The position numbers and the translations under genes were made by a program. This document shows positions 53,166 to 61,817 of a stretch of DNA of 64,000 nt, one piece after another. The notes beneath the pieces are model-generated. The model saw nothing but the letters and a program-made list of their open reading frames with translations. It searched no databases and was not told where the DNA came from. Within the stretch, counting starts at the first letter, position 1; every line of letters begins with the position of its first letter. The DNA is from an uncultured Gammaproteobacteria bacterium (GTDB lineage Bacteria; Patescibacteriota; Patescibacteriia; Patescibacteriales; GWE2-39-37), in contig CAYUCS010000001.1 in the NCBI GenBank assembly GCA_964443495.1, positions 469,496 through 533,495 on the forward strand. Reading direction: 5' to 3'.

Positions 53166-54383
53166 ATGGAAAAAATCTCGATATTAGGCGTCAATATCAG
53201 TGTCATTGATCGCGCCGCCGCCTTGAAGCGGATCGGCGAATATTTGCGTGGTTCGGGGCAGCATTTCCTGGTTACGCCCAATCCGGAGATAGTCTTGGCG
53301 GCTAATCAGGACGAAGAGCTGCACCACATCCTGAACAAGGCCGACCTGTCGTTGATGGACGGCATGGGGTTGAAGCTAGCCGCCCGGCTCAAGGGGGTCA
53401 GTGCACCGCGAGTGACCGGTGCCGACTTGGTGCCGGAACTTCTGACTCTGGCCGAAGAGAAAGGGCTGCGGGTCTTGGTGGTCAATTGGCGCGACGGCTT
53501 GTCCAGTGCAGCCGACATCGAAAGCTCGCTGAAGGGGAGGTATCCGCGCTTGGATCTGGCAGTGCAGTCTGTCGATCGCTTCGGCCGAGACTTCGATCCG
53601 GCCGCGGCCGGGCAAGCGGCCGTCATGCTGGTTACCCTCGGCGCCCCTTACCAGGAAAAATTCATTTACCATAATCTGAAAAAGGTCCCGAGTTTGCGCT
53701 TGGCCGCCGGAATCGGCGGAGCGCTGGACTTCTTATCAGGCAAGGTCAAGCGGGCACCGAAATTTATGCGGCTCCTGGGGTTGGAGTGGTCCTGGCGGCT
53801 TTTCCAGAAACCGGCCGGCAGCCAAGGCCAAGCGGTTTACCGCCGCTATCGCCGCATCTGGCGGGCCGTCTTCGTCTTCATGTGGCGTTTCCTGGTCTGG
53901 CAATATGTCCGCCCGCGGATGTACCGACCGAACGTCGCCTGTCTGATTTATCGCCGCAACGGCGAGCGGTACCAGGCACTGGTCGTCCGCCGCGCCTATT
54001 CGGCCGAACCGCACTGGCAGCTGCCTCAGGGTGGCACCGACGGGGAAGACCCGAAGGATGCCGGCTTGCGCGAAGCCACCGAGGAGTTGGGCACGGACAA
54101 GTTCGCAGTCAGGGCGGTTTACAAGGATGTCTGGCGCTATGAATTCAATGGCGCCCTGGGCAAGCACCCGGTCACCCGTGATTCCGGGTACAAGGGTCAG
54201 AAGCAGTCCTTGGCCATTCTTGAGTTTTTGGGCGACGATGCTGAAATCAAGCTGAACTATTGGGATCATGATTTCTGGCAGTGGGTCGATACCGACCAGT
54301 TGGTCGCCACGGTCCATCCAGTACGACAGAAATCGACGCAAGTCTTTTTGGATAAATTCAATCAATATTTGAAAACCATATGA
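53166..54383 (+). CDS. Fusion protein: WecG/TagA/CpsF-family glycosyltransferase (N-terminal) plus Nudix hydrolase (C-terminal)
   Basis: The N-terminal half has ILGVNISVIDRAAALKRI, LVTPNPEIV and LSLMDGMGLKLAARL. The C-terminal half has the Nudix box QGGTDGEDPKDAGLREATEELG. Confidence 0.7.
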   Translation: MEKISILGVNISVIDRAAALKRIGEYLRGSGQHFLVTPNPEIVLAANQDEELHHILNKADLSLMDGMGLKLAARLKGVSAPRVTGADLVPELLTLAEEKGLRVLVVNWRDGLSSAADIESSLKGRYPRLDLAVQSVDRFGRDFDPAAAGQAAVMLVTLGAPYQEKFIYHNLKKVPSLRLAAGIGGALDFLSGKVKRAPKFMRLLGLEWSWRLFQKPAGSQGQAVYRRYRRIWRAVFVFMWRFLVWQYVRPRMYRPNVACLIYRRNGERYQALVVRRAYSAEPHWQLPQGGTDGEDPKDAGLREATEELGTDKFAVRAVYKDVWRYEFNGALGKHPVTRDSGYKGQKQSLAILEFLGDDAEIKLNYWDHDFWQWVDTDQLVATVHPVRQKSTQVFLDKFNQYLKTI

Positions 54384-54580
54384 AACTCAAAATCAAGAAG
54401 TACATCTATCTTTTGAACGACCTGACCAACCAGCTATTGAAGAAGGACAGGGAAGATCTGGCCGAGAAAGTCTGGCGCTTGCAGCGCTGGGTCATCGGCC
54501 TGAGCTTCGCCCTGCTGGTCTTGGCTGTCGCCCTGGCCTTTTTCCTGTTTCCGTACATCATTAAATTGTTAAACGAATAA
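54380..54580 (+). CDS. Small membrane protein (66 aa)
   Basis: It is ATGA-coupled to the upstream gene and has one TM helix (VIGLSFALLVLAVALAFFLF). It ends 1 nt before gltX. Confidence 0.45.
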   Translation: MKLKIKKYIYLLNDLTNQLLKKDREDLAEKVWRLQRWVIGLSFALLVLAVALAFFLFPYIIKLLNE

Positions 54581-54581
54581 T

Positions 54582-56075
54582 ATGAGCACCCGCGTCCGTT
54601 TCGCGCCCTCGCCGACCGGTTTCCTGCACATCGGCAGCCTGCGCACCGTCCTGTTCAACTACCTCATCGCCAAGGCGATGGATGGCACTTTCATCCTGCG
54701 CATCGAGGATACCGACCAGAAGCGCGAAGTGGCCGGCGCGGCCGAGCACCTGGAAGAAATCCTGAAATGGCTCGACATCCATTTCGATGAGAGCCCGCTC
54801 TCTGGCGGCCCGTTCGGGCCGTACGTCCAGAGCCAGCGCCGGGGGCATTACGACAAGTTCGCCGCCATCCTGCTCGAGACCGGACACGCTTACCGCTGTT
54901 TCTGTTCCTCTGAGGAAATCGCCAAGATGAAAGAGGAGCAGCAGGCCAACAAGCTGCCGCCCCGCTACGACCGCCGCTGCCGCGACCTGTCCAAGGAAGA
55001 AGTCGAGGCCCGCGTCAAGCGCGGCGACTCGTTCACCATCCGCCAGGCCATGCCGCTCGAGGGCGAGGTCACGGTCTATGACGAGCTGCGCGGCGACATT
55101 ACTTTCAAGGCCGACAATCTGGAGGACCACGTGCTCATCAAGGCTGACGGCATGCCGACCTATCAGTTCGCCAACGTGGTCGACGACCACTTGATGGAAA
55201 TCAGCCATGTCGTCCGCGGCGACGAATGGCTTTCCTCGTTCCCGAAGAACATCTTGCTTTATCAATATTTCGGCTGGCAGCCGCCCAAGTTCGTCCACAT
55301 CCCGCTGGTGCTGAACAAGGAAGGCGGCAAGCTGTCGAAGCGCCAAGGCGACGTGGCGGTCGAGGACTACCGCGCCAAGGGCTACCTGCCCGAGGCGTTG
55401 CTCAATTTCTGCGCCCTCCTCGGCTGGCACTCCAAGAGCGACGAGGAGATCATGTCGATCGAACGGATCATCAGCGAATTCAAGATCAAAGACATCGGCA
55501 CCAGCCCGGCCATCTTCGACACGGACAAATTGGATTATATAAACGGCCATTACATCCGCCAGAAATCGGTCCATGAATTGGCCGACCTGGTCTTGCCGTA
55601 CCTGGTCGAGGGCAAGCTGCTCGACGTCCAAGCCGGGCAGTGGCTCAATAATCTGACGGGCGAGAAGTTGACCCGCCAGCAGCTCGAGCTGTTCGTCGGC
55701 CTGGCCCACGACCGCCTGCGCAAGCTGTCAGAAATCAACGAGCTAGTCGATTACCTCTTCCAACCGAAATTGAAATACGAGGGCGCACTGCTCGTCTGGA
55801 AAAAGAGCGACGCCGTGACCACCAAGAAGAACCTCGAAGCCGCAGCCGAAGTGCTCGAGCGCATCCCCGAGACCGAGTGGACCCGCTTCACCATCGAGGA
55901 GGCGCTGATGAACCACATCCAAAGCGCCATGATCACAGTCGGTGAAGTCCTCTGGCCGGTGCGCGTAGCCATGACCGGCCGAGACAAAAGCCCCGGCCCG
56001 TTCGAAGTAGCCGAAGCCTTGGGCAAGGAAAAGGCGATTGAAAGGATTAAGGCCGGAGTGGTAAAGCTGAAGTAG
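54582..56075 (+). CDS. gltX: Glutamate--tRNA ligase
   Basis: VRFAPSPTGFLHIGSLRT carries the HIGH motif and KLSKRQG the KMSKS motif. The class I GluRS body is present. Confidence 0.92.
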   Translation: MSTRVRFAPSPTGFLHIGSLRTVLFNYLIAKAMDGTFILRIEDTDQKREVAGAAEHLEEILKWLDIHFDESPLSGGPFGPYVQSQRRGHYDKFAAILLETGHAYRCFCSSEEIAKMKEEQQANKLPPRYDRRCRDLSKEEVEARVKRGDSFTIRQAMPLEGEVTVYDELRGDITFKADNLEDHVLIKADGMPTYQFANVVDDHLMEISHVVRGDEWLSSFPKNILLYQYFGWQPPKFVHIPLVLNKEGGKLSKRQGDVAVEDYRAKGYLPEALLNFCALLGWHSKSDEEIMSIERIISEFKIKDIGTSPAIFDTDKLDYINGHYIRQKSVHELADLVLPYLVEGKLLDVQAGQWLNNLTGEKLTRQQLELFVGLAHDRLRKLSEINELVDYLFQPKLKYEGALLVWKKSDAVTTKKNLEAAAEVLERIPETEWTRFTIEEALMNHIQSAMITVGEVLWPVRVAMTGRDKSPGPFEVAEALGKEKAIERIKAGVVKLK

Positions 56076-56079
56076 TAAT

Positions 56080-56967
56080 ATGTGGGAAAATATCACTAAA
56101 TTATTAAGTTTTACAGGGGTGAGTGACAAATCAGTGTGGCAGGGAATTCTTATTAGCTCACTATTGATTCCAATTGTTTTAGTTTCACTCAAGAAGGCTA
56201 CTACATGGTGGAATGAAAAAAGACCGTCAAAAATGGTTTTAAATAAATTTCTTGATAAAAGGCGAATAGTTTATTTTTTTCATTCCCAAATGTCAGGAGC
56301 AGACGAGCAATATGAATTGAATAGGGCTCAAAAATATATAACAAGATTTCCGAATCCGTTACCAACAGACAGAAATAATTTAGAGATTCAACGAAAATGT
56401 AACATCGATCCAGTTATTTCAGTTGCTGAGGCTGAGTGTTTTGCGGATGTGTATAATGTTTTAGGTTTAGCTGGTAAAAATGGCGATGTAAATTTTGCCG
56501 ATTTAATCAAAAATTGGGATGTTTGGTCTGAGTCTATTTTTTCAATTGGCTTCAACCCTAAGACACAAAAACTAATTGAGCGGTGTGCCCCTATACATTT
56601 TGAATTATTAGGGGGTAGTTTAAAATTAAAAGACGCGAATATTGTATATGATTCTGTTTTGCCAAATGATGCAGGAATAATTCAGAAGACTTATACAAGA
56701 GACACTCAAACGCCAATTTTTATTTTGGCAGGTCTGGGAACTATTGGAACTAGTTCGGCTGGGTATATATTCAAACAAAATTATATAAAAATCGGAAAAT
56801 TGTTTGGGAGTGATCCCTTTTGCATATTTTTAAAAGTAAAAATCAATGAAGGTAGAACATCTGCAATTGCTGACAAAATATATCCTCATCCGAAGCTCTT
56901 TAGGAAAATTATTTTTCCACTAACATATTATGGTTATAAAAAAAGGAAAGTTTTTGATTATAGTTAA
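56080..56967 (+). CDS. Hypothetical membrane-anchored protein encoded by AT-rich DNA
   Basis: It starts 4 nt after gltX. It has one N-terminal TM helix (ILISSLLIPIVLVSL). A glycine-rich segment occurs (FILAGLGTIGTSSAGY). I did not recognise the family. Confidence 0.55.
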   Translation: MWENITKLLSFTGVSDKSVWQGILISSLLIPIVLVSLKKATTWWNEKRPSKMVLNKFLDKRRIVYFFHSQMSGADEQYELNRAQKYITRFPNPLPTDRNNLEIQRKCNIDPVISVAEAECFADVYNVLGLAGKNGDVNFADLIKNWDVWSESIFSIGFNPKTQKLIERCAPIHFELLGGSLKLKDANIVYDSVLPNDAGIIQKTYTRDTQTPIFILAGLGTIGTSSAGYIFKQNYIKIGKLFGSDPFCIFLKVKINEGRTSAIADKIYPHPKLFRKIIFPLTYYGYKKRKVFDYS

Positions 56968-57027
56968 TTCTGTCTTTTAAACGAAAATTTTGGAAAGGAG
57001 TTGATCTTATCAATGGAGGTGAGTGAC

Positions 57028-57402
57028 ATGAGAAAAGTCGTCTGCGTGGTTGTTATCGATGAAGGACGCATCCTGTTGGTGCGCAAGGGTGATTTCTGGA
57101 TCCTGCCGGGCGGCAAGCCTGAGGCTGGCGAGAACGACCTTGATTGCCTCATGAGGGAATTGGGCGAAGAGCTTTCCGGGCTCGAAATGCAACCGCCATT
57201 CTTTCTTGGCGAATTCATCGGCACTGCGCCTTACAAGGGCTACACCTTTGCCGCCCAGGTCTATATGGCTGGCGGCAGCGGCGAAGTCGCCCCGAAGGCC
57301 GAAATCAACGCGGCCGAATGGACTGACCAGCCCGAGGCGTATAACCTCAGCGACCTTGTAGTCAAGATCGTCGCCCACCTCCGCCAGGAAGGCTATCTGT
57401 GA
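57028..57402 (+). CDS. Nudix hydrolase (MutT-like)
   Basis: The Nudix box is GGKPEAGENDLDCLMRELGEEL. I use the ATG at 57028 behind GGAGGTGA. Confidence 0.8.
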   Translation: MRKVVCVVVIDEGRILLVRKGDFWILPGGKPEAGENDLDCLMRELGEELSGLEMQPPFFLGEFIGTAPYKGYTFAAQVYMAGGSGEVAPKAEINAAEWTDQPEAYNLSDLVVKIVAHLRQEGYL

Positions 57403-57423
57403 AAGCAGATAGCCCCTTTCCAA
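57402..57423 (+). repeat. 22-nt direct repeat, copy 1
   Basis: AAAGCAGATAGCCCCTTTCCAA is identical to 58228-58249. Copy 1 also forms the right half of a 9-bp hairpin (GGCTATCTG at 57391-57399 with CAGATAGCC at 57406-57414) that spans the Nudix stop codon. Confidence 0.85.
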
Positions 57424-57453
57424 AGCTTTTGTTAAAAAATTATTTTGTTTCAC

Positions 57454-58194
57454 ATGAAACTGAACATGGCAATCAGTATTTTATTCGGCACGGCGATGGT
57501 CGGTTCTTTCGTCTATTCCATAATCGGTAACGCCAAGGATGGGAAGCGCATCTTTTACTACGAGTGGAAAAAGATCGCCATCGACCCGACGCTGTATGCT
57601 CTTTTATTTTCCAATATTTTCGTCATATTCAATGCCGTCCGGGGCAATATCGATTTTTATAATATATTCCTGATTTTCCTTTCGCAGAATATGCTCCTGG
57701 GCCTCATGACTTCTTGGCGGATCTTGTTCAATCCGGAGACCATCTTCCTCCCGCCGGAGGTTCCTGTATTGCCGAAAAGATTCATGGCCAGAGCCTATGG
57801 AGCTTTCAAGCAGCTGCTCTTCTTTGCTATTTTCAACGGAATCTATTTTTTGTTTGCACGCACCTTTTTTAAACCGAGTCCGATAGATTACCAGCTTTTT
57901 GCCACCTCGGTAGGCATGTTCGCGGCTTCGCATTTGTTTTCTTATTATTATGAATTGCACCGTTCCAAAAGAATCCGCGCTTCCGGCTCATTGGTAGTGC
58001 AACCGATACTGCGGATTATCTTGCTTCATATAGCCATCGTGATTGCCGGCGGCGTCGGCGGGGTATTCGTTTCCTATCTGCTGTTATTAAAGACGGCGAT
58101 GGACTCATTTTTCAATGCCCTGGAGCAAGGATACATCCATCGAAAATTCGCTTGCGTTTACAACGAGCAAACGATGGAAGAGTCAAGCCGTTGA
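57454..58194 (+). CDS. Hypothetical polytopic membrane protein
   Basis: It has about 6 TM helices. I use the ATG at 57454. The gene is flanked by the 22-nt direct repeats. Confidence 0.55.
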   Translation: MKLNMAISILFGTAMVGSFVYSIIGNAKDGKRIFYYEWKKIAIDPTLYALLFSNIFVIFNAVRGNIDFYNIFLIFLSQNMLLGLMTSWRILFNPETIFLPPEVPVLPKRFMARAYGAFKQLLFFAIFNGIYFLFARTFFKPSPIDYQLFATSVGMFAASHLFSYYYELHRSKRIRASGSLVVQPILRIILLHIAIVIAGGVGGVFVSYLLLLKTAMDSFFNALEQGYIHRKFACVYNEQTMEESSR

Positions 58195-58227
58195 TTTATA
58201 CGCGGCTTCAAATGTTTTAAAAACGTA

Positions 58228-58249
58228 AAAGCAGATAGCCCCTTTCCAA
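58228..58249 (+). repeat. 22-nt direct repeat, copy 2
   Basis: AAAGCAGATAGCCCCTTTCCAA lies 826 nt downstream of copy 1 and 9 nt before the HD-gene ATG. Confidence 0.85.
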
Positions 58250-58257
58250 GATTTTTT

Positions 58258-58914
58258 ATGGAAGAAATAATCGAACAACTTAATGGCGAGATCAATGTCA
58301 TGTTCAAGGACGAAAATAGCGGCCATGACATCTATCATCTGCGCAGGACTTTGAATATCGCACTGGCAATCCAGGAAAAGGAGGGCGGTGATAGGCTGGT
58401 CATCGGCGTGGCCGCTTTTTTGCATGATATCCATCGTATCATGCAACGCGAGACGGGCAGTTACTGTTCACCCAAGGACTCGTTGCCGAAAGTCAGGGAA
58501 CTGCTCAATCAGACTAGATTGTCCGAAGAACAGAAGGAAAGGATTATTCACTGCATCGAGTTTCATGAAGAATATGATTTTTCGCATCAAGGCAAGTCCG
58601 TCAGCGACATCGAAACCTTGATTTTGCAGGATGCCGACAACTTGGACGCGATTGGTGCCATCGGTATCGGCAGGACCTTTGCCTTTGGCGGGATGAGCCG
58701 CCAGATGTGGGTGCCGGAAATTCCGTTCGACCGGCCGAACTATGATGAGGAATCAGAAAGGGATCCGTCGACAATCCATCATTTTTATAGCAAGCTCTTA
58801 AAGCTCAAGGAAAACATGAATACTGAAACCGCTAAGCAGATGGCCGCCGAACGGCACAAATTCATGGAGCTGTTCTTGAATGAGTTTTTTGATGAATGGA
58901 ATGGAAAGAAATAA
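58258..58914 (+). CDS. HD-domain phosphohydrolase (YedJ-like)
   Basis: H...HD metal-binding motifs are present (GHDIYHLRR, AAFLHDIHR, QDADNLDAIG). Confidence 0.7.
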   Translation: MEEIIEQLNGEINVMFKDENSGHDIYHLRRTLNIALAIQEKEGGDRLVIGVAAFLHDIHRIMQRETGSYCSPKDSLPKVRELLNQTRLSEEQKERIIHCIEFHEEYDFSHQGKSVSDIETLILQDADNLDAIGAIGIGRTFAFGGMSRQMWVPEIPFDRPNYDEESERDPSTIHHFYSKLLKLKENMNTETAKQMAAERHKFMELFLNEFFDEWNGKK

Positions 58915-58919
58915 CCGCA

Positions 58920-59498
58920 ATGGAGTTAGACAGGCAAAATTTCGAAAACGAGTCGTTCAGCAAGGTTGTCATACCTGGTCATGATTTGCAGCATAAAGAA
59001 TTCTCGAGCTGCAAATTCATAAAGTGCGATTTCAGCGGTTGCGATTTTTCGGGGACGACGTTCATCGATTGCGAGTTTGTCGATTGCAATCTCTCGAACA
59101 TCAAAGTTGATAAGTGCAGCTTCCAGAAAGTCGCCTTTGCCAATTGCAAGATTGTCGGTGCCGCTTTTTCCAATATCAATACGCTGCTGATCGAATGGTC
59201 ATTTACCCGTTGTCTCATCGAGTTGTGCAATTTCAGTTATCTGGGATTGCGGAAGTCCAAGTTCGCCGCCTGCACCATCAGGGAATCGGACTTCATCAAG
59301 GCGAACCTTATGGAGTCGGATTTTTCCAATTCCGACCTGCAGGGCAGCAAGTTCAATGACGCCAATCTGGAAAAAGCCGATTTCAGAGGGGCGATAAATT
59401 ACTATATCGACCCGACGCAGAGCAGGATCAAAGGCGCGAAATTCTCCTATCCGGAGGCCATGTCGCTGCTTGATTCGTTCGAAATCGTTATTGATTAG
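58920..59498 (+). CDS. Pentapeptide-repeat protein of Qnr/MfpA size and layout
   Basis: Continuous A(D/N)LxF-type pentapeptides occur (CKFIKCDFSGCDFSGTTFIDCEFVDCNLSNIKVDKCSFQKVAFANCKIVGAAFS ...). The protein is about 190 aa. An alternative start at 58896 would overlap the HD gene. Confidence 0.75.
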   Translation: MELDRQNFENESFSKVVIPGHDLQHKEFSSCKFIKCDFSGCDFSGTTFIDCEFVDCNLSNIKVDKCSFQKVAFANCKIVGAAFSNINTLLIEWSFTRCLIELCNFSYLGLRKSKFAACTIRESDFIKANLMESDFSNSDLQGSKFNDANLEKADFRGAINYYIDPTQSRIKGAKFSYPEAMSLLDSFEIVID

Positions 59499-59520
59499 CC
59501 GATTAAAATAACCATCCGCC

Positions 59521-60105
59521 ATGTTATACGCAAATGAAGTCGGGGAAGTGCAAAGCATTTTAAATGAGCTTAAGGTTCCTTATTATCTGAATGCCGGCAC
59601 GGCCCTTCACTTGAGGAAGTTTTTCGATGACAAGAACGGTGATTGCGATATACGCGTTTACCATCCCGACATAAAAGCACTATTCGAGGTTTTTCGCGAG
59701 CGCTACCCGGATTCGATCAGCTTGCGGCCGCCGCTCAAGTATAGCGGCGGTACCTATGACACTTTCTGCATCGAGCTTGAATTGGGCACTTCTTTCGATA
59801 TCTACACCGAGATGATTGCTGACTGCGACATGGGACGTTTCGTTTTCCCGTTCGATGAAGCGACTTTCGCCGATGTCGATCTTGTCGAATTCGAGAATCT
59901 GATTTTGCCGGTCGCTTCACTCGAGAATTTGCTCCTTTATTATCTTGTCTTGCGGCGCGGCCGAAAGGACAAGAAGGATGACGGCATCGGAATCAGGAAC
60001 ATACTGGCAGCGGAAGGGTTTGATGCGGAAAAATTCGAGAAGATCATGGCGAAGCTGCCGTATGGTGAAAAGGTGAGGGAGATTTATCAGGGATATAAAA
60101 AATAA
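59521..60105 (+). CDS. Nucleotidyltransferase-fold protein resembling ANT(2'')-type adenylyltransferases
   Basis: VPYYLNAGTALHLRKFFDDKNGDCDIRV parallels the G-G/S...D-x-D nucleotidyltransferase signature (compare LPLWIGGGWAIDARLG...HDDIDL of ANT(2'')-Ia as I recall it). The size is similar. Confidence 0.45.
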   Translation: MLYANEVGEVQSILNELKVPYYLNAGTALHLRKFFDDKNGDCDIRVYHPDIKALFEVFRERYPDSISLRPPLKYSGGTYDTFCIELELGTSFDIYTEMIADCDMGRFVFPFDEATFADVDLVEFENLILPVASLENLLLYYLVLRRGRKDKKDDGIGIRNILAAEGFDAEKFEKIMAKLPYGEKVREIYQGYKK

Positions 60106-60114
60106 TCAATTTAC

Positions 60115-60789
60115 ATGACTGGATTCGATAAATATCTTAAAAGCCTTGCCGTTCACGAACGGCAGAAGTCGGCCCATCTCGATCCGCGTTCGACGATCTT
60201 GGTCAATGCCGGTATCGGCTTGAATTGGCTGGGCGACTATCTGGCGAATCCGAAAATCAAGTTCAAGAAGGTGTCTGTTCCCGTTGAGAAAATCCTATTT
60301 ACCGGCACGGAGCCGAAGTGGAACAAGATATTGATCGATAGATGCGAGCGCTCGGTCGTAAAGTTCCGTACGCTCATCGAAAAGGATGAGCGCTTGCGCA
60401 AGAAATTGACCAACGAGGCCTCGTTCGGCAAAGAGCCGATACTGCTGCGCGGGCCGGACGAGCAGGGGATGTATCATGTCTTTGACGGCATGCATCGTTT
60501 CGTCGGCGCCGTGTTGGCCGGCAAGAAATCAATATACGCTTATGCCGCAACCAATGAGCGAAAGCATCTGCCTGTTTGCGAGGCCCATGTCGTCTACGAC
60601 CTGATCCGCGGCTTTCAGAGGCACGCTAAGGATGAGCGAGGGAAAGTTGAGCTGTATCACGCTTTAAAGCTGCTGTCCCGGACTTACGGCAATGTGCCCG
60701 ACTTGCTTAAAAAGCGGTTCGACGCCAAACACGTCGCCGATAATGACGTGCAGGAAATCATCAAAAGGGTTATCAATGAATCAAAATAA
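60115..60789 (+). CDS. ParB/sulfiredoxin-fold (ParB-like nuclease domain) protein
   Basis: YHVFDGMHRFVGAVLAG matches the DGxHR core of the ParB/Srx fold. Confidence 0.5.
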   Translation: MTGFDKYLKSLAVHERQKSAHLDPRSTILVNAGIGLNWLGDYLANPKIKFKKVSVPVEKILFTGTEPKWNKILIDRCERSVVKFRTLIEKDERLRKKLTNEASFGKEPILLRGPDEQGMYHVFDGMHRFVGAVLAGKKSIYAYAATNERKHLPVCEAHVVYDLIRGFQRHAKDERGKVELYHALKLLSRTYGNVPDLLKKRFDAKHVADNDVQEIIKRVINESK

Positions 60790-60798
60790 TTTCGTATT

Positions 60799-61254
60799 AT
60801 GACAATCACGATCTGTTCAAGCATCGATTTTTCTCCCAAGGTCATCGAGATTAAGAAAGAACTTGAGGCAGCAGGCCACCAAGTTAATATCCCGTATTTC
60901 ACCCAGAAAATACTGGACGGAGAAATTTCCTACGAGCAATATATGGCGTCGAAAGAGCAGGCTGGCGGCGACATCCTTTTGCGCGAGGCCGAGCCGGTCG
61001 ACCTGATCAGGCGCTACTGGGATTTTATCAAGGGGTCGGACGCTATCCTGGTTATGAATCTGGACAAGAAGGGAATCGCCAACTACGTCGGCGGAAGCAC
61101 GCTGATGGAGATGGGCTTCGCCTATGGGCACGGCAAAAAGATTTTTTTCTACAATCCGATTCCTGCCCGCAGCGAGCGGATGCATTACGTCGATGAGATT
61201 ATCGACATGAAGCCGGTGGTTATAGGTGGGGATTTGAGCAAGTTAGTTAATTAA
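60799..61254 (+). CDS. Nucleoside 2-deoxyribosyltransferase-like protein (paralog 1)
   Basis: It has a small Rossmann-like layout: ITICSS..., then ILVMNLDKKGIANYVGGSTLMEMGFAYGHGKKIFF. Confidence 0.55.
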   Translation: MTITICSSIDFSPKVIEIKKELEAAGHQVNIPYFTQKILDGEISYEQYMASKEQAGGDILLREAEPVDLIRRYWDFIKGSDAILVMNLDKKGIANYVGGSTLMEMGFAYGHGKKIFFYNPIPARSERMHYVDEIIDMKPVVIGGDLSKLVN

Positions 61255-61259
61255 TATCT

Positions 61260-61805
61260 ATGGCAATCAGCATCACATATTTCGTTCACGGGACGACAGG
61301 GGATAATGAGAAAGGAGTCTCTTCAGGCTGGTCGGACGTGGATTTGTCAGAGTTGGGTGTCAATCAGTCGGTCGCCTTGAAAGATCAGGTTACTGATAAA
61401 CGCTTCGATGCGGTTTTCTGTTCAGATTTGATTCGAGCGATCCATTCGGCTGAGTTGGCCTTCGGCGGCAAGGCGCCGATCCTCCATGATGCCCGGCTGC
61501 GGGAATGCAATTATGGGGAATACAACGGGCGAGAGTCGGAAATCGTCGAACCGATGCAGGAAAGGAGCATTACCGAGCGCTTCCCGGACGGCGAAAGCTA
61601 CGAGGACGTCAAAGCGCGGATCGGCAGCTTCGTTGATTTCTTGAAAGAGAATTACGACGGCAAGTCGGTGGCCATCGTGGCGCACAAAGCACCGCAGCTG
61701 GCCCTTGATGTGCTGCTGTGCGATAAGACCTGGGAACAAGCTTTCGCCGAGGATTGGCGCAAGACCAAGGCCTGGAAGCCGGGTTGGCAATATTCAGTTG
61801 ATTAA
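61260..61805 (+). CDS. Histidine phosphatase (phosphoglycerate-mutase) family protein with a variant VHG motif
   Basis: YFVHGTTGDN sits where the family has RHGET. Other family segments are SDLIRAIHSAE, LRECNYGEYNG and VAIVAHKAP. Confidence 0.6.
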   Translation: MAISITYFVHGTTGDNEKGVSSGWSDVDLSELGVNQSVALKDQVTDKRFDAVFCSDLIRAIHSAELAFGGKAPILHDARLRECNYGEYNGRESEIVEPMQERSITERFPDGESYEDVKARIGSFVDFLKENYDGKSVAIVAHKAPQLALDVLLCDKTWEQAFAEDWRKTKAWKPGWQYSVD

Positions 61806-61817
61806 CAAAAAACACTT

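Noticed and set aside
54561-55709. 382-aa ORF antisense to gltX.
   Set aside because: It lies entirely inside the confidently identified gltX gene on the opposite strand. Its composition is Arg/Ala/Leu/Gly-rich and low in complexity, typical of shadow frames in GC-rich coding DNA. It has no SD or promoter.
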